Origin: Planctomycetota bacterium
GTDB lineage: Bacteria; Planctomycetota; B15-G4; JADJEK01
Length of the DNA: 64,000 nt
NCBI GenBank assembly: GCA_044225365.1
Contig: JBGAIQ010000015.1
Coordinates: 37,346-101,345 of the forward strand
Direction of reading: 5' to 3'
Shown here piece after piece: positions 9,909 through 20,241 of the stretch. Each line of letters opens with the position of its first letter. The first letter of the stretch is position 1. Below the pieces are notes generated by a model, which ran no database searches, was not told where the DNA came from, and saw only the letters and a program-made list of their open reading frames with translations. Both the position numbers and the translations under genes were made by a program.

Positions 9909-10772
9909 TCAGCCGATCGCGGCGATCCAATCGGCGAGGAGCTTGTCGCCCGAGATGCCGAGAATTGTGTCGAACTCCGCGGGCTTCGTCGCAGCGAGGA
10001 GGCGGATGAGAGTCTCTCGTCCGAAGCGCTTGTCGATGTAGCGCACGAGCGAGCCGCAGACGGCGTAGCGGTACTTGCCGGACCAAGCGGTCGCTAGCGA
10101 TTTCGGCGCGGCGCCCGAGCGCACGGCCTCGATGTCCCGGCCGAGATGCTCGTGATCGAGTTGACCGGAGGCGTAGCACGCGAGGCCTTCGCAGAACCAG
10201 CCGACGTCGTCCATTCCGGTGAAGTCGCGGGTCGGGTTCTTCTGGCCGTGGAAGACGTGGAAGAGTTCGTGCGTGATGATCCGTTGGACCTGCTCGGCGT
10301 TGGATCCGTCGTGCTCGCACGCCTCGGTCTTCCAGACCGCGGGATCGAGGACCGCGAGGCCGTCGGCAACGCCGGTCGCGACCATCCAGCACTCCGTCTT
10401 GGGACCGCCGTAGCGTTTCTGCATGTAGGCATCGAAGTCCGCGCGATGCGGGAGGATCTCCACCTCGAACTTCGCGGGGAACTGTGTGCCGAAGAAGAGC
10501 TCGACGGAAGCGATGCCGATCTGAATGCGAGGATCGGTGGTCTTCGAAGCGTCGTCCTTGGGCGCCGTCGTCTCGACATGGGGTGCGGAGGGCTTCTCGG
10601 GAGCCGGCAGGGGAAGCTTCGCCGTTTCATTCCTGGCCGCTTTGCTCCCCGCGACATCCTTCCCCGCGTCGCCCGTCGTGGGCTGCGCGCAGCTCCACGC
10701 CATAGCGAGCGTGAGAGTCGTGATGAGAGTGGTTCCGACGGTGAGTCGGCCTCGCATGGCTCGAGTCGTCAT
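9909..10772 (-). CDS. Putative lipoprotein zinc metallopeptidase (gluzincin/MA-like)
   Basis: ATG 10772 with AAGGAG RBS; lipobox-like AWSC; HELFH followed by WFCEGLA. Confidence 0.7.
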   Translation of the reverse strand: MTTRAMRGRLTVGTTLITTLTLAMAWSCAQPTTGDAGKDVAGSKAARNETAKLPLPAPEKPSAPHVETTAPKDDASKTTDPRIQIGIASVELFFGTQFPAKFEVEILPHRADFDAYMQKRYGGPKTECWMVATGVADGLAVLDPAVWKTEACEHDGSNAEQVQRIITHELFHVFHGQKNPTRDFTGMDDVGWFCEGLACYASGQLDHEHLGRDIEAVRSGAAPKSLATAWSGKYRYAVCGSLVRYIDKRFGRETLIRLLAATKPAEFDTILGISGDKLLADWIAAIG

Positions 10773-11372
10773 TCTTGCTCCTTGCTGCGTCCGCGCTGAG
10801 TGTGCATTCCACGTCGTCGTGAAACCCGCGCGGGGCAACGGGGCAGACGCTACCAAGGTTCCCTGGCGAGCGGAATTCGGGAGCGGTGAATGGGCGCGAA
10901 CCGCGATCACGACGAGGAGGAGCATTCCTTCGTCGCTTCGACGAGGCTCGCCGGGGAGGCAATGCAAGGCGGCGCGGGTTCGCCCGCGCTTCGAGGCGGC
11001 AGCGGGTTCGAGAAGTGGGCTCCGCGGCGACTACGGAGCAGCGAGGCGAAAGCACGACACCGCGAGCGAGAGGTGGAGCGGCCACTCGTCGCAACGCGTC
11101 GTCGGTGACGCAAGAACCCATTCGGTGACGCCGAACGCGGCACAGACGGGAAGCAGCGAAGCAAAGGAGCAGGGATTCTGCATCGACATGATGAACTCCG
11201 GCACGGATCGAGTGGATTCGGCGCAGCAGGGCAAGAGGACCCGAGAACGGTGGCGGAAGGGGGAACGCAGCGCCCGCCCCGCCACAACGAAGAATCGGTT
11301 CCAGGTGGTGTTTCGCCTCGGCGGTGGTGTCCCACCGACCCGTTCGTGGGTTATCTTCGAAGCACGAAGGAC

Positions 11373-12134
11373 ATGTCGAAACCCGTGCACGAGAAGAGTC
11401 ACGCCTCGTTTCCCCCGACGCGACCGTCGATCGTAGTCGCGGCGAGCGATGGCGATCCGAACGTGCGTCGAGCGGCGTTCGAACGCGTAGCGTCCGCGTA
11501 CCTCGCGCCGATCTACGCCTACCTGCGACTGCGACACGGCAAATCGCGAGAGGACTCCGAGGACCTGCTGCAGAACGTCTTCGCGACGTTGTTCGAGCGT
11601 GATTCGCTCGCCACGTTCGATCCGACGAAGGCGCGCTTCCGCACGTTCCTGCGGGTCTGCGTCGATCGTCTCGTCCTGAATGCGAACGCCGCGGATCGGG
11701 CCGAGAAGCGGGGCGGCGGCGGAATTCGCATCGACATCGCCGATCTCGAGTCGCGACTCGGCGAGAGGGCGATCGAGCGAGCGTCGCGGGAGCCGATCGC
11801 GGACGCGGCGGAAGGCGAAGTCTTCTTCCTTCGCGAGTGGCGTCGCGCGCTCTTCACCTCCGCGATCGGCGAGGTGCGGGAGGATTGCGAGCGCCGTGGT
11901 CGCACGATGCGATTCTCGCTCTTTCGACGTCTCGACATCGAAGCGAGCGATCCTCGCCCGTCCTACGCCGAACTCGCGAAGGAGCATGGCGTCGACGTCA
12001 CGACCGTCACCAACGAACTCGCGGCTGCGCGCCGCGAGTTCCGCCGCGCGATCCTCGATCGGTTGCGCGAACAAACGACCGATGAGTCCGAATTCCGGGA
12101 GGAACTCGACGCGCTGCTCGGAGGGTCGCTGTGA
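11373..12134 (+). CDS. ECF-type RNA polymerase sigma factor
   Basis: YLAPIYAYLR...EDSEDLLQNVF (region 2), KARFRTFL, HTH SYAELAKEHGVDVTTVTNEL (region 4). Confidence 0.85.
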   Translation: MSKPVHEKSHASFPPTRPSIVVAASDGDPNVRRAAFERVASAYLAPIYAYLRLRHGKSREDSEDLLQNVFATLFERDSLATFDPTKARFRTFLRVCVDRLVLNANAADRAEKRGGGGIRIDIADLESRLGERAIERASREPIADAAEGEVFFLREWRRALFTSAIGEVREDCERRGRTMRFSLFRRLDIEASDPRPSYAELAKEHGVDVTTVTNELAAARREFRRAILDRLREQTTDESEFREELDALLGGSL

Positions 12135-13087
12135 CGGGCCTTGGCGACGACGCACTCGAACACCTGAGCTCGATCGCCCGCGATGGCGAACCGCCGAACC
12201 TCGAAGGGGATCGCTACATCGTGCACGATCGCATCGGTCGCGGCGCGATGGGCGAGGTGTGGCGTGCGCTCGATCGTTCGCTCGATCGCATGGTCGCGAT
12301 CAAGGTGTGCGCCGATGCACGTGACGCCGAAAAGGCGAGGCGGCGGTTCCACCGCGAGGCGCGGGTCGCCGCGCGCCTCGAGCATCCGTCGGTCCCGCCG
12401 ATCCACGAGATCGGCGTCCTCGAGGATGGCCGTCCGTGGTACGCGATGCGTCTCGTGGAGGGCCTCACTCTCACGCGGGCGGCGGAGGGAGTGGGATCGA
12501 GGAACGATCGCTTGCGCCTCTTCCTGAAGCTCTGTGAGCCGGTCGCGCATGCCCATCGACTCGGATACGTGCACCGCGACCTGAAGCCCGACAACGTCAT
12601 GGTCGGTCCGTCCGGCGAGGTGTACGTCATGGATTGGGGGCTCGCACATGCGGTGGCGAGGCCGGACGACGACGGATCGCCGATGGCGACGGCGGCGGGC
12701 ACGCCGGGCTACATGGCGCCGGAGCAGGCGAGCGGGGCGCGCGCTTCACCGCGCGAGGACGTGCATGCGCTCGGCGGCGTCCTCGTCTTTCTGCTCCTTC
12801 TCGACGTCGCGGCGAAGGATCCATTCGCTGCGCGCTCCGACGTGCCGCGACCGCTGCGCGCGATCTGCGCCCGCGCGCGCTCGATCGATCCGTCCCTGCG
12901 CTACGCGGACGCGTCGCTCCTCGCGCGCGACGTTGCGCGATTCCTCGATCGCGATCCTGTCGAAGCCTACGACGAGACCCTGTTCGAGAAGACGGCGCGG
13001 CAATTCCATCGCCATCGATTCCTCGTCCTCCTCGTCGCGTCCTACCTCGGCCTGCGCATGATCCTCTATTTCTGGTTTCGTGGTTAA
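12131..13087 (+). CDS. Hanks-type Ser/Thr protein kinase with one C-terminal TM helix
   Basis: IGRGAMGEV, VAIK, HRDLKPDN, DWGLA, GTPGYMAPEQ. GTGA overlap with the sigma gene. Confidence 0.92.
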   Translation: MTGLGDDALEHLSSIARDGEPPNLEGDRYIVHDRIGRGAMGEVWRALDRSLDRMVAIKVCADARDAEKARRRFHREARVAARLEHPSVPPIHEIGVLEDGRPWYAMRLVEGLTLTRAAEGVGSRNDRLRLFLKLCEPVAHAHRLGYVHRDLKPDNVMVGPSGEVYVMDWGLAHAVARPDDDGSPMATAAGTPGYMAPEQASGARASPREDVHALGGVLVFLLLLDVAAKDPFAARSDVPRPLRAICARARSIDPSLRYADASLLARDVARFLDRDPVEAYDETLFEKTARQFHRHRFLVLLVASYLGLRMILYFWFRG

Positions 13088-13149
13088 AGGGCCCACGAGG
13101 CGAGCGGAATAGAAGGCGACCCGTTCATCCCCGCTCGAAGGAAATCGAC

Positions 13150-13536
13150 ATGTCCAAGATCCTGCTCGCACTCGTACTCGGCGCCGTTCTCGGTTGCGTC
13201 GACGGTTGGACCGCCCGCTTCTACGACACGGTGAAGCCCGAGGAGTACCTCGGCATCATCGGAGGCTCGACGGTGAAGGGCGTCCTCACCGGCCTCGCCG
13301 CCGGATTCGCCGCGCGCAAGACGAACTCGCTGCGCGCCGGCATCCTCACCGGAGTGATCGTCGGCTTCGGCCTCTCGTTCGCCGTCGGCTACATGGTGGA
13401 GCACGGGGATCCCGCGAACGGAGTGGCCGGCAAGCCCGGCGCCTTTTGGCAGATCCTGCTTCCCGGCACCGCGCTCGGCGCGCTCGTCGGCATCGCGGCG
13501 CAGAAGTTCGGGAAGGCCCCGCAACCGGCGTCCTGA
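13150..13536 (+). CDS. Small four-TM membrane protein of unknown function
   Basis: ATG 13150 after AAGGA; four Gly-rich hydrophobic segments. Confidence 0.75.
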   Translation: MSKILLALVLGAVLGCVDGWTARFYDTVKPEEYLGIIGGSTVKGVLTGLAAGFAARKTNSLRAGILTGVIVGFGLSFAVGYMVEHGDPANGVAGKPGAFWQILLPGTALGALVGIAAQKFGKAPQPAS

Positions 13537-13546
13537 GCGGATCTCG

Positions 13547-14722
13547 TCAGAGGGCGACTGCGAGCGCCTCGTACTCCGCGCGTTCGTTGTAGAGCTGCGC
13601 GGAGACGCGCAGCAGACGCTGCGGTGCTCGGGGCCACGGCATCACCGGGACTTCGATGCGATGCTCGAACAGCAGACGATCCTGCAGTGGGTCGGTGTCG
13701 AAGGCGCCCTGCGTTCCGGTGTCGCTGCGATCCTCGATGCGCACCGCGGCAAGGCTGCCGATCATCGATTCCGGACAGATCGGTTCGGTCTTCACGGAGT
13801 CGAGCAGGATCGCGCGGGCTTCGAGGGCAAGGGTGCGATTGCGCGATCGCACTTCTTCGATGCCACCCGGGACGACGCGGGCGAGGAAGTCGATCGCGTG
13901 CGGGACCGCGAGCCAGGCCGAGAAGTCGTCGGTGCCCGTCCAATCGAACTCGAGTCGAAAGCGCGAGCGCTCGGTCGTCGGCGCGTTCGCGCCGTGGCTG
14001 ATCACGGCGGGCCGCACTTCGCTCTGTTGGTCGCGACGCACGTAGAGGAAGGCCGCGCCCTTCGGCGCGCACATCCACTTGTGGCAGTTGCCCGTGTAGT
14101 ACGCGGCGCCGAGCTTTCCGAGCTCGTCGAGCGCGAGGGGGACCATGCCGGGCGCATGCGCGCCGTCGACGAGCGTGCGGATGCCACGAGCACTCATCGC
14201 CGCGAGAATCGCTTCGAGGGGCAGGACGAGTCCCGTTGGACTCGTGACGTGATCGACGAGAAGGAGCTTCGTGCGGCTCGTCGCCGCGGCGGCGATCGCA
14301 TTCACCACGTCGTTCGGGTCACGGATCGGGAACGGCAGGGTCGCGACGACGACTCGGGCGCCGCGCTCGTTCGCGACGTAGTCGAGCACGTTGCGACAGG
14401 CGTTGTACTCGTGATCCGTGACCAGGAGTTCGTCGCCAGGCTCGAGCGGGAGCGAGCGCAGCACGGAGTTCACGCCCTCCGTCGCGTTGCGAACGAAAGC
14501 GAGGCACTCGGGATCGGACCCGAGGAACTCACCAAGACGCGCCCTTGCGGCGTCGAGCAGCGCTGGGGCTTCGCGTACGAAGAACCGCACCGGCTCGCGC
14601 TCCATCTGATCGCGGAGTTCCATCTGACGGCGCAGGACGACGAGCGGCGTCGCGCCGAACGAGCCATGGTTCAGGAAGGCGATCGCGGGGTCGAGTTGCC
14701 AATGCGCTTTGAAGGGGTTCAT
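13547..14722 (-). CDS. Class V PLP aminotransferase (isopenicillin N epimerase / L-cysteine desulfhydrase-like)
   Basis: FLNHGSFGATP, DHVTSPTG, VDGAHAPG, GNCHKWMCAPKG (PLP lysine), RVSAQLYN. Confidence 0.88.
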   Translation of the reverse strand: MNPFKAHWQLDPAIAFLNHGSFGATPLVVLRRQMELRDQMEREPVRFFVREAPALLDAARARLGEFLGSDPECLAFVRNATEGVNSVLRSLPLEPGDELLVTDHEYNACRNVLDYVANERGARVVVATLPFPIRDPNDVVNAIAAAATSRTKLLLVDHVTSPTGLVLPLEAILAAMSARGIRTLVDGAHAPGMVPLALDELGKLGAAYYTGNCHKWMCAPKGAAFLYVRRDQQSEVRPAVISHGANAPTTERSRFRLEFDWTGTDDFSAWLAVPHAIDFLARVVPGGIEEVRSRNRTLALEARAILLDSVKTEPICPESMIGSLAAVRIEDRSDTGTQGAFDTDPLQDRLLFEHRIEVPVMPWPRAPQRLLRVSAQLYNERAEYEALAVAL

Positions 14723-14847
14723 GCGTGCCGTTTCCTGCTCGTCAATACAGCGGGGCCACGATCATCGAATCACTCGCCGCGCGTTAGGCAAGCGGAGAAC
14801 GACCCGCTCGCAGTGTCTCGGGGACAATCGCGAAAGACGGGAAAGAA

Positions 14848-14883
14848 GAACGGCGCGACCCCGCATCCGGAGCCGCGCCGTTC
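14848..14883 (-). terminator. Probable intrinsic terminator downstream of the matrixin gene
   Basis: Inverted repeat GAACGGCGCG...CGCGCCGTTC followed by TTCTTT on the minus strand. Confidence 0.55.
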
Positions 14884-14906
14884 ACTTCGATTCGATCGTG
14901 CTGCGC

Positions 14907-16586
14907 TCAGGGCGCGAACGTGACGGCGATCGCGTTGGACAGCGTGAAGCCGCCCTTCTTGCCGGCATCACTGCACACCGCCTGGATCTGCACCGTCGCC
15001 ACCGAGGTGATGACGGGCAACGTCGTCGGCACACTCAGCGATCCGTTGCAGTTGCCCACGCCGCCGAGCGGCAGCGTGACGCTGAACGGCAGCGAGGTGC
15101 CGATGCGCAGGATGCAACCATTCGGCGCCGGGATGCTCGCGGTCGATAGACCGAAGAGCAGGATCGACGTCGCACCACCGACCGCGTTCGAGACCGAGAA
15201 GGTGACCGTCTGGTTCGACGACGGGCATCCGGTCATGTTGATCGCGGGAGTGCAGCCGCCGCTGCCCGCGCAACCCGCGCCACCCTGGGCGATCGAGCCC
15301 GCGCACGTCGGGTCGGCATCGACCGTCAGCGTGTAGAGCTGCGATTCCGTCGGTGCGTTGTTCTCGAACACGCGGATGAAGTAGGTGCCAGCGGTCGGCA
15401 GATTGAAATTGGTGAGCACTTCGTTCGACCCGGCGGCGGTCGCATTGACCGTCGTCAGGATCGGGTTGCCCGCCGCGCTGCTGCGGACTTCGAACGCGAG
15501 GTCGTCGATCGCCTTGGTGTCGATCGTGGTGCCCGCGCTGCACGCGCCGTTCTGCTGCTGTGGACCGCTGAGGTAAGCGAATCCCTGGGGGGCCAGCGTG
15601 ACCGTCAGGTTCGCTGCACCGTTCACCGTGAACTGATACCAGTCCTGCTCACCGTTGCCGTCGATCGAGAGGATCGAGGTGTTCGCGATCGTCGGACTCG
15701 GCACCGAACCGAGGACGACCGGAGTGCCGGTGAGGACGCCGATGTCGAACGCCGCCAGCGCGGAATCGTCCGGTTCGTTGTCGTCGCCGTAGTGGCGCTG
15801 CGCCGCGCGGATGTCGTCGTGGCGCGGGCCATCGAACGCCGTGGAGAGGAACGGTTCCATGAGCTTCGACTGCTGGATCGGGCAGCTGTGGAGCAGGCCG
15901 ATCGCGTGGCCGAGTTCGTGCGTGATCGTGTTGCGCATGAACAGGCTGCTCGGCTGGCCCTGGGCCCAGTTCTCCGAGCTGTCGAGGACCATGTCGCCGT
16001 TCTGCGGCAACTGGGTGTACCCGAGGATGCCGTTCACGCCGTCGATGTTGTGCATCGAGAGGCGGATGTCGCCGTGGGTCGTGTCGTTGCCCGAGGTGCC
16101 CCACGCGACGCCATCGTCCCACTCGACGCCCGCCGCGGTGACGCGCGTGAAGTCGATGCCGGACAGCGCTTCCCAGCGATCGAAGCACGCCTGGATCTTG
16201 CTGACCCACAACGCCGTGTTGTTCGCGAAGAGCGTGTTCATTCGCGCGAACATGTTGGACGGCGTCGAAGCCTCACCTGCAGCGCCAGGGATCACGAGTC
16301 CGTCGGGCACGAGGCTCCACGTCACGATCACGTTGCTGCCCTGGCCGCCGGTCCAGCGATTGCCGAGCTGGTACTTGTAGGGGACGCCGGGCGTGCCGTA
16401 GGTCTTCTCGAGATAGGCTTCGATCGCCGCGACGTAGTGATCGGTCGTGCCTTCGGCGAAGCAGACGATCGGGGCGGTCTCGCGACCGGGATTGTTCCAG
16501 TCGGGCGCCTGTTGGGCGAAGGCAAGCGTCGGGGTCCACGCACACAGGGTGAGAAGGGCCGCGCGCAGCGGGCTGCGAGTTTTCAA
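14907..16586 (-). CDS. Secreted M10/matrixin metalloprotease with PPC-like domain and shared C-terminal domain
   Basis: TTG start with AGGAG RBS; signal peptide (AFA-QQ); HELGHAIGLLH and Met-turn KLMEP; DWYQFTV...GTYFIRV pre-peptidase domain; CTD ending SNAIAVTFAP. Confidence 0.88.
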   Translation of the reverse strand: MKTRSPLRAALLTLCAWTPTLAFAQQAPDWNNPGRETAPIVCFAEGTTDHYVAAIEAYLEKTYGTPGVPYKYQLGNRWTGGQGSNVIVTWSLVPDGLVIPGAAGEASTPSNMFARMNTLFANNTALWVSKIQACFDRWEALSGIDFTRVTAAGVEWDDGVAWGTSGNDTTHGDIRLSMHNIDGVNGILGYTQLPQNGDMVLDSSENWAQGQPSSLFMRNTITHELGHAIGLLHSCPIQQSKLMEPFLSTAFDGPRHDDIRAAQRHYGDDNEPDDSALAAFDIGVLTGTPVVLGSVPSPTIANTSILSIDGNGEQDWYQFTVNGAANLTVTLAPQGFAYLSGPQQQNGACSAGTTIDTKAIDDLAFEVRSSAAGNPILTTVNATAAGSNEVLTNFNLPTAGTYFIRVFENNAPTESQLYTLTVDADPTCAGSIAQGGAGCAGSGGCTPAINMTGCPSSNQTVTFSVSNAVGGATSILLFGLSTASIPAPNGCILRIGTSLPFSVTLPLGGVGNCNGSLSVPTTLPVITSVATVQIQAVCSDAGKKGGFTLSNAIAVTFAP

Positions 16587-16824
16587 GGGGGGGCTCCTGG
16601 GACGGAAAACGGGGGTGAAGCGACCAAGGGGTCTTGGGGTCGGAGAGAGTCGGGAACGGTACGAAGCGGGAGACGGACTGCGGTCGCGACGCCAGCGTGT
16701 GGGACTGGGGTCGTCGGACGGGCAACGCATCGAACTGCCGAAACCGGTCGAATCGATGGGCGTTGCGGGGATTATCCCTCGCGGCGGGTGTTTGGCAAAG
16801 ATCCTATTTTTTTCTGCTTCCGAG

Positions 16825-19800
16825 TCAGCGCTTCACGACGAGGAGGTTGCGGAAGCGGACCTTCTGTCCGTGGTCCTGGAGAACGAGGGGAGCGCTCGCC
16901 ACTTCGGGCTCGCCGCGGGCGGCGCCGGTCGGGCCGGCGATCTCGACGCCGTCGTGGATCTTCTTGCCGTTGAGGTAGCAGGTCACGCGCGCGTTCGCGA
17001 TCTTCTTCCCGGTGGGGTCGAAGCGCGGCGCCGTGAACTCGATGTCGTAGCTCTGCCAGCGGGCGGGTTCGCGGACGGCGTCGACGGCGGCGGCTCTCGT
17101 CTCGTAGATCGCGCCGCAACTCGTCTGGGTCGGCGCCGAACCGAACGAATCGAGGATCTGGATCTCGTAGCGGCCCTGGATGTAGATGCCGCTGTTGCCG
17201 CGCTGGTCGTCGGGAACGACGCCCTGTCGCTCGGGTGTCGCGAACTCGACGTGGATCGTGGCATCGCCGAACGATTCGGTCGTCGCGATGTCACCGCCTT
17301 CCGCCGTCCACACTCCGTCGGTGAGCGGCACGGAGCGACTCTTGGCGTCGTCCTTCGCGAAGTGGATCGCTGGGGGATTCGATGCGAATGGCGCGACGAC
17401 GCCGTCGCCGAGGAAGCTCGTCGCGGCGGGCAGGTCGGGACCGTTCGCGGTCCACGCGATCCCGGCGGCGAGGTGCTTCAAGAACAGGTCGTTCTTCCAC
17501 ACGTCGTCGGTGTGGCCGAGCGTCGTGACGAAGACGCGACCGCGGCCGAATTCGCGCCACCACGCGACGGGCGTGAGCGGGGAGGTCGGCTGCGGCAGCT
17601 TGGGGTCGAGTGAGCCCTTCGCGACCGCGAGCAACGGATGGACGATCGCGTTCTTCTGGAACGTGACCCGGGGCAGCCGGTCCTCGACCTCGAGCTTCCC
17701 GCCGAGCATGGCCGTCGCCGGGTGATGGGGGTCGAGGACGTCGAGCACGAGATTCCCGACCCACGGTTCGGGTTCGCCGGTCGCGTCCAGCCGCGCGCCG
17801 ATCAGATCGCCGAAGAATGCGTCGTTTGGCCAGGTGTCGAGCGCGGTGTGGATCAGCGTGAGGCCGCCGCCGTTTCCAACCCACTCCACGAGGCGTGCTC
17901 GGCCCGCGTCGTCGAGCGGCAGGTCTCCGCCCGTGAAGAGGACGAGAGCTTCGATGCTCTTCAGCTTCTCCGCGGTGAGCTGTGAGACGTCCTTCGTCAC
18001 CGACAGCTTCACCTTGCCGCGCACCGCTTCACCGACCTGGATCTCGGCGCGCGATAGCGTCGCGGCTTGCGGGCGCTTCACGGCATCGTGCTCCTTGCCC
18101 ACCGCCTGCGTGAGCAGCAGTGCGCGCGGGAGGTTCTTGTCGTCGCGACGGTTGTCCATCCCGGGGATGTTGGTGAGGGTGTAGTAGGCGCGATCGTGGA
18201 GCAAGGTCTCGCCGGTCTTGCTCTTCACGCCCTTCGCCACGAGTTCGTGGACGTAGTCGCGCTTCAACGGGGTGACGACGAGCTTGACGTGGCGCGCATC
18301 GACCACGGTCGCGCTCGCGACGGTGAGCGTCTGCGTGTCGGTCTCCGGTGCGCCGTAGTCGGAGTGGTAGGGGTAGGTGTACGAGATGAACGAGTACGAC
18401 GCCGGATCCGCGGCGCTCACCGCGTCGACGTCGGCGGTGAATTCGAGCTCGAATCCATCCTTCTGGGCGCGCATCGCGAGCATCTCGAACGGAGTCTTGC
18501 CGGTGAACACGACGCGCTCGAGGCCTTCGCGCCGCCGTCCGACCGAGGTCCAGCCGCGATCGGTCTCACCGACGAGTAGGGAACCATCGCGTGCGAACTC
18601 GAGTCGATTCACGCCGCAGCCGAATCCATCGAGGAACGGGAAGCACGCGCCTTGATGATGCCCGTCGACCTTTTCGAGGAAGACGCGCATCACGATCGCG
18701 GCGAGCTGATCGCCACAGAACAACTGCCCGTCGTAGGGACCGAACTTGCCGTTCTGTTCGCAGAGCTCGACGTCCGCGACCGATTGGCCCATCTTCTTGT
18801 AGGGGAACCATACCGCGGGCACCTGTCGCGGCGGGCGGTCGTCGCCCTGGAGATCGGTGTGCCAGCGCAGACTCGCGGGGTGGCCGTGCCACACGCCGGG
18901 TTCGAGTGCGGCGAGCTTGTTCGTCGCGACGTAGTCGCCTTGGTTGTCGACGTAGAAGGGCGTGCCATCGGTGAAGAACGTGAACCCGTTCGGTGAGCGC
19001 ATGCCGTCGCAGATCGGGGTCAGGTTGCCCTGCGCATCGATTCGGACGCACCAACCGCGCCACGGCACGATCGACTTGCCGAGCGAGTTGCAGAAGCCGA
19101 CGTTGAGCGTCACGAGCGCGGAGCCATCCTTCGGGTCGAACGCGGGGCCGAACGCGAATTCGTGATAGTTGCCGGAGACTCCCCACGAATCGCAGATCGT
19201 CTCGTAGTCGTCGGCGACGTCGTCGCCATCGCGATCGACGAGGCGCGTGAGTTCGCCGCGCTGGACCGTGTACGCGGCGAACGCGTCCTTGTCCTGGCGT
19301 GTCGCGAGACCGAGCGGTTCGTGCAATCCCGTCGCGAACAGCTTGAACTTGGCCTGCCAGGGAGTCGCATCGAAGGCGTGATCGACGAGGTAGACGTCGC
19401 CGCGTCGCGTCGCGACGAGTGGACGGCCGTCCTTGTAGATCGCGAGTCCGCCGACCTCGAGCACGACACCTTGCGGCGTCGGGATCGTCGCGACGCGATA
19501 GTGCTCGCGTTCACGCGAGGGCGGGAAGTCGGAGTCGAGCTGGTAGAAGAGTTGCGCGTCGAGGTCCGTCGGCAGATCCCGTCGCGTGTTGATCTGGAAC
19601 TCCCAGCTCACTGCGCCGTTGCTGATCTTCAGCATCAGATGGTTCACGCCCTTCTTGAGGTCGAGCGTGAGCTTGTCCTGCGTCGGATCGAGGCCGCGCG
19701 GCACGTCGAGGTCGTGGATCAACTTTCCGTTCAGCCAGAAGCGCACGCCGTCGTCGGAGCCCATCGTGATGGGCGCCTGGCGATCGGAGTCGCAATCGAT

Positions 19801-20241
19801 CGTCGTGTAGACGTAGCAGACGGAATTGTCGTTGCGCCAGCGTTGGTCGGTCCGCCGCAGGTCGAACTTCTCGTTGGGATGGACGTCGATCGGCTCCCAG
19901 TGGCACTCGAAGTCGCGCTTGCCCTTGTAGACCTTCTTCAAGTCGGGGCCGGGACCGTTCGCGATGCACTTGCGCAGTTCGGTCTCGGGCTCGAGTCGCC
20001 GAGCGAGGTCGTTCTGTTCGTGGCCCGCGTACGGGAACGGCGTGAGCAGATACCACTTCCCGAAGTGGCCGATGTCGGGCGCGAGGAGATCGAGCATCCG
20101 CGTGAGAGTCTCCTCGCGCGAGCCCATCTTCTTGTACTCCTGTCCACCGATCTTGACGGGCTCTCCGCCCGCGGTCGTCGAGTCGGAGGTGGGAGCGGCG
20201 AAGGCGAGGAGGCAGCCGAGCAGGTTCGTCGCGAGCATCAT
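16825..20241 (-). CDS. Large exported multidomain protein: PA14-like, sorbosone-dehydrogenase-like beta-propeller, ThuA-like and DUF1080 (3-keto-disaccharide hydrolase) domains
   Basis: GSDDGVRFWLNG (PA14-like); GLHEPLGL, NYHEFAFG, GMRSPNG (propeller); GRGRVFVTTLGH (ThuA); RGNSGIYIQGRYEIQILDS...LQDHGQKVRFRN (DUF1080). The start overlaps the stop of the upstream cytochrome gene. Confidence 0.85.
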   Translation of the reverse strand: MMLATNLLGCLLAFAAPTSDSTTAGGEPVKIGGQEYKKMGSREETLTRMLDLLAPDIGHFGKWYLLTPFPYAGHEQNDLARRLEPETELRKCIANGPGPDLKKVYKGKRDFECHWEPIDVHPNEKFDLRRTDQRWRNDNSVCYVYTTIDCDSDRQAPITMGSDDGVRFWLNGKLIHDLDVPRGLDPTQDKLTLDLKKGVNHLMLKISNGAVSWEFQINTRRDLPTDLDAQLFYQLDSDFPPSREREHYRVATIPTPQGVVLEVGGLAIYKDGRPLVATRRGDVYLVDHAFDATPWQAKFKLFATGLHEPLGLATRQDKDAFAAYTVQRGELTRLVDRDGDDVADDYETICDSWGVSGNYHEFAFGPAFDPKDGSALVTLNVGFCNSLGKSIVPWRGWCVRIDAQGNLTPICDGMRSPNGFTFFTDGTPFYVDNQGDYVATNKLAALEPGVWHGHPASLRWHTDLQGDDRPPRQVPAVWFPYKKMGQSVADVELCEQNGKFGPYDGQLFCGDQLAAIVMRVFLEKVDGHHQGACFPFLDGFGCGVNRLEFARDGSLLVGETDRGWTSVGRRREGLERVVFTGKTPFEMLAMRAQKDGFELEFTADVDAVSAADPASYSFISYTYPYHSDYGAPETDTQTLTVASATVVDARHVKLVVTPLKRDYVHELVAKGVKSKTGETLLHDRAYYTLTNIPGMDNRRDDKNLPRALLLTQAVGKEHDAVKRPQAATLSRAEIQVGEAVRGKVKLSVTKDVSQLTAEKLKSIEALVLFTGGDLPLDDAGRARLVEWVGNGGGLTLIHTALDTWPNDAFFGDLIGARLDATGEPEPWVGNLVLDVLDPHHPATAMLGGKLEVEDRLPRVTFQKNAIVHPLLAVAKGSLDPKLPQPTSPLTPVAWWREFGRGRVFVTTLGHTDDVWKNDLFLKHLAAGIAWTANGPDLPAATSFLGDGVVAPFASNPPAIHFAKDDAKSRSVPLTDGVWTAEGGDIATTESFGDATIHVEFATPERQGVVPDDQRGNSGIYIQGRYEIQILDSFGSAPTQTSCGAIYETRAAAVDAVREPARWQSYDIEFTAPRFDPTGKKIANARVTCYLNGKKIHDGVEIAGPTGAARGEPEVASAPLVLQDHGQKVRFRNLLVVKR

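Noticed and set aside
10773-11372. 600-bp gap between divergent genes as a possible ncRNA or small ORF
   Set aside because: I found no recognisable RNA motif and no ORF with convincing composition or RBS.
13547-14722. Beta-lactam biosynthesis (cefD) or selenocysteine lyase linked to the selenoproteins
   Set aside because: No other beta-lactam genes are present, the family is widespread, and nothing in the sequence ties it to selenium.
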